From Verrucomicrobiota bacterium (GTDB taxonomy: Bacteria; Verrucomicrobiota; Verrucomicrobiia; Verrucomicrobiales; DEV007): 64,000 nt of DNA. Every line of letters begins with the position of its first letter. The first letter of the stretch is position 1. Of this stretch, positions 58,801-64,000 are shown one piece after another. Location of the stretch: NCBI GenBank assembly GCA_045046875.1, contig JASFYY010000048.1, positions 16,298 to 80,297 of the forward strand. Direction: 5' to 3'. A program made the translations under genes and the position numbers. The notes beneath the pieces are model-generated. The model did not search any database. It was not told where the DNA came from and saw only the letters and a program-made list of their open reading frames with translations.

Positions 58801-59327
58801 AAAACCCCACGATTGAGAAAAAACTCAAAACTTACACCGCGTCTCTCGATTCCAAAAACATCCTCTCAGCTTACCAGATTTGCCTCGAAGGAGGCGACGT
58901 CGCCAGAGGCAGGACCGTCTATACCAACCACCCCTCCGGACAGTGCAGCAAATGCCACACCATCAACCGAAATGGTGGCATCGCCGGACCCGACCTCAGC
59001 GAAGTCGGCAGTCGCCAGAAATCAGACTACCTGCTCGAGTCCTTGGTCAATCCCAGCGCTTATGTGGTTCCCGGATACGGACTGACCATGGTCACGCTCA
59101 AGGATGGCAGCAGCATCGGCGGCAACTTGCTCGAAGAAAGCCCGCAACACCTGGTGATAAAATTTCCCGATCCTAAAGACAGCACAAAAAGCATCGAAAG
59201 AAAAATCCTGCTCAGCGAAATCAAAGACCGCCAGCCGCCGATCTCCGCCATGCCTCCTGTGGGTTTGTTGATGAGCAAATACCAACTGCGTGATTTGATC
59301 GCCTATCTCGGCAGTTTGAAAAAATAA
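55872..59327 (+). CDS. PVC-type membrane-bound dehydrogenase-domain / HEAT-repeat / heme-binding protein
   Basis: DTNQDGRAD, GPDGRIYFSLGD, GLRNPQEL, HEAT repeats, CSKCH-GPDLS, SAMPP, RDLIAYL. Confidence 0.9.
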   Translation: MKSRFFLTGLSLFTSLTFGLQLAEAVPSGTAPDKAKGKTSPKSKAVIENEAKLRIANFETPEGFVTKLFADESQTQNSSAICFDSKGRLYIAELPRWKQGVEDIRDNQDMLFEDNAIQSSADRLEMYKNHADRRPLSHYNTVGERIVIVEDTNQDGRADKHWIFADDFKDALDGPGIGLLDLGKGKMLYTNIPHLWLLEDKDGDGKVDQRTSLQDGFGIRMSYSGHDLHGLVRGPDGRIYFSLGDRGYSFTTKEGRTYHDPARGAVFRCDPDGSNLEEYYRGLRNPQELAFDQFGNLFTCDNNGDQWDKGRLVYILEGGDSGWTAGHQSILNFHQQLKLRTQTYAHPDRKRIPMTSWLTESLWEPQHQGQPAWILPPIDTISWGPSGFVFNYGGTAFPERYKNHFFICNFGGSRADIETFGIESNGAGFKSTDHHIFMKAMGLTDIEFGPDGQMYMSCFNNNGWSKQNVGNVYTLANEKLLKSPVVLETKKLLLSPFDDRSNTDLDQLLSHPDMRVRQKAQFALVEKNQAAATELLKTAAVKKNNPLLKRLHGIWGLGQLSRNHSELLSTLILLLKDEQVKVRTQAAKVLADSRNLEAGDALLAALDDPSAQVQAQAAIGVGKCNNVQALDKLFETLTENDNQDVFLRHACVMGLWYLNQKEKMLKKIDDESPALRLGLLLTLRRLKDPRVKYFLSDSDPKIVGAAIRAINDENLEHALPALAKHLEKYIGLGDGTSLPKDHRDFIQQTRLINANFRLGKNEHAKRLLDYAANDRLPEFVRLEALNAIAEWPHPNVIDSTLGIFRPLDIKTRDDISKTVQAGLPAILKVAQNSLLAAATKLAGQYQFEISAPLLIQQLGNAQTDTALRIICLQQLTQRKAAELNPLFAQILNDKNPLIRKEAHAALLQIDPARGTDETLKLAQSKNLQDRQNAYSLLSAINSPKVTSLFTQRLNDLLNKQEPAGSRLDLIEAAAKFKNPTIEKKLKTYTASLDSKNILSAYQICLEGGDVARGRTVYTNHPSGQCSKCHTINRNGGIAGPDLSEVGSRQKSDYLLESLVNPSAYVVPGYGLTMVTLKDGSSIGGNLLEESPQHLVIKFPDPKDSTKSIERKILLSEIKDRQPPISAMPPVGLLMSKYQLRDLIAYLGSLKK

Positions 59328-59410
59328 CGCCTTGCCCAGAAACGCCACGCTCGTTAATAGACAGGCAGGAAGTCCTGACCTAATATGGGACACTCTTTTA
59401 AAACACCGCC

Positions 59411-59686
59411 ATGGACATCTCACACATCGCCAATCTTGCCCGCATCGAACTGACCGATGACGAAATCTCCCGCTTTGACGCCCAACTCAGTCAGGTATTG
59501 GAATACGCGGCCAAGTTAAAAGAACTCGACGTCAGTGGCATCGAACCAACCGCCCACGCCTACCCCATCTTCGATGTCGTTCGTGAAGACATCGCACATG
59601 ATGAAAATTTCACCGCCGAAGAGGCTCTTTCCAATGCTCCCAGCGAAGCACTGCAACAGTTCAAAGTGCCCAAAGTCATGGATTGA
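59411..59686 (+). CDS. gatC: Asp/Glu-tRNA amidotransferase subunit C
   Basis: HIANLARI, LDVSGIEPT, RED, NAP, FKVPKV; directly upstream of gatA. Confidence 0.92.
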   Translation: MDISHIANLARIELTDDEISRFDAQLSQVLEYAAKLKELDVSGIEPTAHAYPIFDVVREDIAHDENFTAEEALSNAPSEALQQFKVPKVMD

Positions 59687-59740
59687 TCCACCTCGATCGC
59701 TGACTCTCTCATTTATTTTTCACCTAGCTTTATTTTTCTG

Positions 59741-61177
59741 ATGCCAACCATCACCGAACTCCGCGCCTCTTATCAATCCGGCGACCTCACTCCGGGCGAC
59801 GCCATTCGCACACTGTCCAAGACCATTGATAACACCGATGGTGAGATCAAAGGTTATATTTCCTACGACACTGACGCCGCACTCGCCGAAGCTCAAAACG
59901 TCGACCTTTCACTCCCGCTCGGAGGAGTGCCGATCGCGATCAAAGATGTCATCAATGTCAAAGGCCAGCCCTGCACTTGTGGCTCAAATTTCCTCGATCA
60001 AAAATACACCGCGCCCTATGACGCTGGAGTGATCAAAAAACTTCGTGCCGCGGGAGCCATCCCTTTTGGACGAGCCAACATGGATGAATTTGCCATGGGT
60101 TCCTCCACCGAGAACTCCGCCATCCAGACCACCCGCAATCCCTGGGACACCTCCCGTATTCCCGGCGGCTCATCCGGCGGTTCCGCCGCTGTTGTCGCGG
60201 CTAACGAAGCCATCGCCGCACTGGGTTCGGATACCGGTGGTTCCATCCGCCAGCCCGCCGCCCTCTGCGGTTGCGTCGGCCTCAAACCCACTTACGGACG
60301 CGTATCGCGTTATGGTCTGGTTGCCTTTGCTTCTTCGCTCGATCAAATCGGCCCAATGACCCAAACCGTCGAAGACGCCGCACTGCTCTTGCAAGCCATC
60401 GCGGGTCATGACGCCCATGACTCCACCTGTGTGAAAGATGCCTTACCCGACTACAGCAGTTTTGTCGGACAAGACATCAAAGGCCTGAAAATCGGCCTAC
60501 CCAAAGAATATTTCGCCGAAGGCCTCGATGCCGAAGTGAAAAACACCGTCGAAGCAGCCATCGCCCAACTCGAGTCACTCGGAGCCGAACCGGTGGAGAT
60601 TTCTCTCCCCCACACCGAGTATGCGGTCGCCACCTATTACATCATCGCCACCGCCGAAGCCTCCACCAATCTCGCCCGCTTCGACGCCGTCCGTTATGGT
60701 CGCCGCGCACCAGACGCCGACAACCTCATCGACCAGTATCGTCGCTCACGCGAACAGGGATTCGGAGAAGAAGTCAAACGTCGCATCATTCTCGGCACCT
60801 ACGTTCTCAGTTCTGGCTATTATGATGCCTACTATTTGCAGGCACAAAAAGTCCGCACCCTGATCCGCAAAGATTTTACCGAAGCTTTTGAAAAAGTAGA
60901 TCTCATCGCCTCCCCCGTCACCCCCACCCCCGCCTTCAAAATCGGCGAAAAATCCAACGACCCCATGTCGATGTACCTCGCCGACATCTACACCATCTCC
61001 GCCAACCTCGCCGGCATCTGCGGCATCTCCGTCCCTTGCGGCTTCACCCAAAGCGACGACAACAAACCACTGCCCGTCGGCCTACAACTCTTAGGCAAAC
61101 CCTTCGCCGAAGGCGACCTGATCAAAGCCGCCCACGCCTACGAAAAAAGCACCGCCTGGCAGAAAACAGCCCTATAA
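59741..61177 (+). CDS. gatA: Asp/Glu-tRNA amidotransferase subunit A
   Basis: PIAIKD, NMDEFAMGSSTE, GGSSGGS, SDTGGSIRQPA, EVKRRIILGTYVLSSGYYDAYY. Confidence 0.96.
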   Translation: MPTITELRASYQSGDLTPGDAIRTLSKTIDNTDGEIKGYISYDTDAALAEAQNVDLSLPLGGVPIAIKDVINVKGQPCTCGSNFLDQKYTAPYDAGVIKKLRAAGAIPFGRANMDEFAMGSSTENSAIQTTRNPWDTSRIPGGSSGGSAAVVAANEAIAALGSDTGGSIRQPAALCGCVGLKPTYGRVSRYGLVAFASSLDQIGPMTQTVEDAALLLQAIAGHDAHDSTCVKDALPDYSSFVGQDIKGLKIGLPKEYFAEGLDAEVKNTVEAAIAQLESLGAEPVEISLPHTEYAVATYYIIATAEASTNLARFDAVRYGRRAPDADNLIDQYRRSREQGFGEEVKRRIILGTYVLSSGYYDAYYLQAQKVRTLIRKDFTEAFEKVDLIASPVTPTPAFKIGEKSNDPMSMYLADIYTISANLAGICGISVPCGFTQSDDNKPLPVGLQLLGKPFAEGDLIKAAHAYEKSTAWQKTAL

Positions 61178-61204
61178 CTCAAATTAGGGGTCAGGCAACA
61201 ATTC

Positions 61205-61233
61205 TTGACAAACCCTCTAGAACTACCTAACCT
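61205..61233 (+). promoter_or_regulatory. Sigma70-like promoter of the transposase (probably leaderless)
   Basis: TTGACA-N17-TAACCT, ATG 6 nt downstream, no Shine-Dalgarno. Confidence 0.65.
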
Positions 61234-61239
61234 CCCATC

Positions 61240-62316
61240 ATGGCGAGGCAGATCAGGGTCGAATTTAAAGGCGCTTTTTATCATGTGATGGCACGGGGCA
61301 ATCACAAAAACCCCATATTTTCCGCCCCTAATGGAGCCGATGAAAAACTTTTCATCAACACCCTCGCTGACACTTGTGAGCGTTCGGGCTTCAGAGTATG
61401 GGCATGGATATTGATGAAAAACCACTATCATCTCATGCTCGAAACTCCACAGGGAAACCTGGTGGAAGGAATGTCCTGGTTACAAAACACCTACACCCGT
61501 CGATTCAACGTTCGACATCGGGAATGGGGACGCCTGTTTGGAGATCGCTACAAAGCTGTGCTCATTCAAAACGATAGAGATCAAAATCCAGGAGGATCCG
61601 CTGGTTATCTTTCCACCGTCATTGATTACGTGCACCTCAACCCGGCAAGAGCAGGCTTAATCAATAGCAAAAAAAACGAAAGCTTGCTCGACTACCCTTG
61701 GAGCAGCGCAGCCAAAGCTTACGCTTTAAGCCCCGGCAAACGCCCCGACTGGATGGCTGTGGACGACGGGCTTGCACTATTTGATCTTCCCGACAAAGTG
61801 TCCGGACGGCGGAAATTTATTTCCCGCTTGGATGACCGCATAGCGAGTGAGGAAGCTGAAAAATGTGGTTTACCTGAAATCGAAGGTCAAAGTTTGCAGA
61901 GCACCCTTCGACGCGGATGGTATTGGGGCAAAGAAGAATTCCGCGAGAGCTTGTTGAATCGACTGGAACAACGAGAACAAAAAACACCTACCAGTCGCAA
62001 TTACACTGGAGGAAGCCAAGCCCTCGACCACTCCATACAGATGGCCGAAAAAATCATCTCCGAAGGGGTTGATTATTTTAAATTGAAATCCACTTCAGAA
62101 GAAACCTTCAAGCAGTTAGCCAAGGGATCGGTAGAACGAATCGCTGTTGCTTGGGCCATATATAAAAAAACATCCGTATCCCAAAAGTGGATTGCTAAAA
62201 GGCTAGGCATAAGTAACGCTGCCAATGTTAGCCAACAGGTGCGCAGATTTAATAAAAGTCCAAACGAACATCCTCTTCCTGAAGTGCAAAAATGGATAAC
62301 ACTGCACAGTTTTTGA
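61240..62316 (+). CDS. Y1 HUH (REP-associated-like) tyrosine transposase with C-terminal HTH
   Basis: YHVMARGN, NHYHL (HUH), LFGDRYKA, YVHLNPARAG, YPWSS, SQKWIAKRLG. Confidence 0.92.
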   Translation: MARQIRVEFKGAFYHVMARGNHKNPIFSAPNGADEKLFINTLADTCERSGFRVWAWILMKNHYHLMLETPQGNLVEGMSWLQNTYTRRFNVRHREWGRLFGDRYKAVLIQNDRDQNPGGSAGYLSTVIDYVHLNPARAGLINSKKNESLLDYPWSSAAKAYALSPGKRPDWMAVDDGLALFDLPDKVSGRRKFISRLDDRIASEEAEKCGLPEIEGQSLQSTLRRGWYWGKEEFRESLLNRLEQREQKTPTSRNYTGGSQALDHSIQMAEKIISEGVDYFKLKSTSEETFKQLAKGSVERIAVAWAIYKKTSVSQKWIAKRLGISNAANVSQQVRRFNKSPNEHPLPEVQKWITLHSF

Positions 62317-62344
62317 TTTTTGTTGCCTGACCCCTAATTTGATT

Positions 62345-62959
62345 ATGCGCCACGACTTTTTATTTGATATCGGTAATGTTATTTTGAAGTTTGATTTCAG
62401 TTTGGCGGTGCGCCGCATTGAGGATCGTTGCTCAAAAGTGCACGCAGACGAAATTTTACCTACTATCTCAGATCTTACAGAGGGTTTAGAATCGGGGAGA
62501 ATCAGCACCGGCGCTTACATTGCGGAGGTCAGTGAGCGCTTGGGATTCTCGGGATCCGTTGAGGACTTTATTCGGGCTTTTGAAAACATTTTCACACCTA
62601 ATTTGGAAATGATTGCCCTGATTGATCAACTCAAACAAAAGGGGCACCGCTTATATTTGCTTTCAAATACCAACGGCATTCATGTCCCCTTTTTCACTCG
62701 CGAATACCCAGTGTTCGATCTTTTCTCCGGCGCAACCTACTCTCATGAAATAGGCTGCATGAAACCCAATGCCGGAATTTATCAAAGCGCCATCCAGCAA
62801 TTTGAGCTCAAAGCTGAGAGCACCATTTACATTGATGACTTGGAAGCAAACGTTGTCGCAGGCAGCGATTTGGGTTTACTGGGCATTCACTACGATCCCG
62901 AACAACACCAACGCCTGATCAATGACTTGCGCCAGCACGGTATCGCAGTCAGCGACTGA
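62345..62959 (+). CDS. HAD-family phosphatase (YihX-like)
   Basis: FDIGNV, LLSNTN, KP, YIDD...NV; start set at ATG 62345. Confidence 0.88.
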   Translation: MRHDFLFDIGNVILKFDFSLAVRRIEDRCSKVHADEILPTISDLTEGLESGRISTGAYIAEVSERLGFSGSVEDFIRAFENIFTPNLEMIALIDQLKQKGHRLYLLSNTNGIHVPFFTREYPVFDLFSGATYSHEIGCMKPNAGIYQSAIQQFELKAESTIYIDDLEANVVAGSDLGLLGIHYDPEQHQRLINDLRQHGIAVSD

Positions 62960-63407
62960 GATCTTCCTGATAGAGCACTTTGAAGCCGGCATCGAGCAAA
63001 ACGGAGGTTCCAAACTCCGCGTCTTCTACACTCAAAGCCAAAGCCGAACAGTCATTAGGCTGACTGAGCAAGGGGTAGGCAAAATTGATGTTGGTCTCGG
63101 CCTCCTGCAGTGCCTGTAAACAATCAGCCAATCCCACTGCACCATGTCGCAGCTCCACCACCACCAAATCCGTCGCACTGAAAGGGATGCCACGCTCCAT
63201 AAACAGCGCCTGCACGGTATCCGGATCACTCACCAGCAAACGCACGATGGTTGCATCCGTCGATTCCTTGATGCTCAAGCCAAGCACCACCACGTGATGG
63301 TCATTGAGCAGCCTTACAATTGAAAGCAAAGCGCCCACCTGGTTTTCCAAAAAAACCGCAATCTGCCGAACGGCAGTGCCCGATATTGTAATTCCTCCGT
63401 CTTCCAT
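62949..63407 (-). CDS. ACT domain protein
   Basis: RQIAVFLENQVGAL, tandem ACT-like repeats, NINFAYP. Confidence 0.82.
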   Translation of the reverse strand: MEDGGITISGTAVRQIAVFLENQVGALLSIVRLLNDHHVVVLGLSIKESTDATIVRLLVSDPDTVQALFMERGIPFSATDLVVVELRHGAVGLADCLQALQEAETNINFAYPLLSQPNDCSALALSVEDAEFGTSVLLDAGFKVLYQEDLSR

Positions 63408-63433
63408 TTGTTTCTATACCTGTCTCCCCTCTT

Positions 63434-64000
63434 TTACTCGACAGTCACACTTTTGGCAAGATTTCTTGGTTTATCCACATCACAACCTCGCGCCACAGAA
63501 AAGTGATAAGACAACAACTGCAATGGGATCACCGAAAGAATCGGGTTGAGGCATTCAATGGTTTCCGGCACATAGATCACATCGTCAGCAAGGCGATCCA
63601 GTTCATCATTGCCCTCGGTGGTGATAGCGATCACTGGCCCTTTGCGGGCTTTCACCTCTTCGATACTGCTTAGATTCTTTTTGAACACCGAATCTTTCGG
63701 TACCACAAAAACCGAAGGCAACTCTTCACTCACCAGAGCAATCACCCCATGTTTGAGTTCGGCACTGGCATGGCCTGAGGCAAAGATATAACTGATTTCC
63801 TTCATCTTCAGAGCTCCCTCCAGGGCAGTCGAATAGTTGAACTGCCTACCCAGGTAAAGCATACCTGGCGCATCTATATATTTCAGTGCGATTTCTTTAA
63901 TACGATCACTCTGTTTCAGTACTTGCCTGATTTTATCCGGCAAGGCTCGAAGTTCTTTAATGATTTCCTGCCCGTCACTCACCGACATATCCCGCATTCG
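63434..64000 (-). CDS. glmS: Glutamine-fructose-6-phosphate transaminase, C-terminal part (partial)
   Basis: ALEGALKMKEISY, ELKHG, DVDKPRNLAKSVTVE. Confidence 0.96.
   Translation of the reverse strand, partial: RMRDMSVSDGQEIIKELRALPDKIRQVLKQSDRIKEIALKYIDAPGMLYLGRQFNYSTALEGALKMKEISYIFASGHASAELKHGVIALVSEELPSVFVVPKDSVFKKNLSSIEEVKARKGPVIAITTEGNDELDRLADDVIYVPETIECLNPILSVIPLQLLSYHFSVARGCDVDKPRNLAKSVTVE

Larger units (their letters stand above)
61179..62342 (+). mobile_element. Y1/RAYT-like transposase element with perfect 23-bp terminal inverted repeats
   Basis: TCAAATTAGGGGTCAGGCAACAA at 61179-61201 and its exact reverse complement at 62320-62342 enclose a single ORF. Confidence 0.85.

Noticed and set aside
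59411..61177. Loss of gatB caused by the insertion after gatA
   Set aside because: No gatB remnant follows the element; gatB is often encoded elsewhere and this cannot be judged from the window
61187..61212. Tn3-family or IS630 terminal repeat
   Set aside because: The GGGG start and flanking TA are reminiscent, but the repeat is shorter than the 38-bp Tn3 type and the enclosed protein is HUH/Y1, not DDE

Overview
This looks like chromosomal DNA from a Verrucomicrobiota bacterium (inferred from DUF1552/DUF1592-type cytochrome genes, a PVC-type heme/dehydrogenase protein, H-X9-DG prepilin-like protein, sulfatases, PQQ-like propellers and a DUF5069 protein). It holds about 45 CDS, mostly housekeeping or nutrient-uptake genes: galM, two sulfatases, glutamate dehydrogenase, a TonB2-type operon with a FecA-like receptor and a candidate Fur box, metY, fbaA, ppk1, nupC, gatCA and the 3' part of glmS. 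I saw no rRNA, tRNA or CRISPR array. Main oddities: (1) an intact Y1/RAYT-like HUH transposase bounded by perfect 23-bp inverted repeats, with a 28-bp identical solo end 34 kb away beside a pair of apparently foreign TPR genes; (2) a four-gene lipid-degradation operon whose last gene fuses FadJ and an acyl-CoA dehydrogenase in one 1373-aa ORF; (3) three further families of short extragenic repeats, one copy nested inside a decayed second RAYT; (4) a DUF116-polyprenyl synthase fusion near a ferredoxin; (5) a diverged HrgA/COG2958-like protein. All product calls come from motif recognition by eye; no database search was run.
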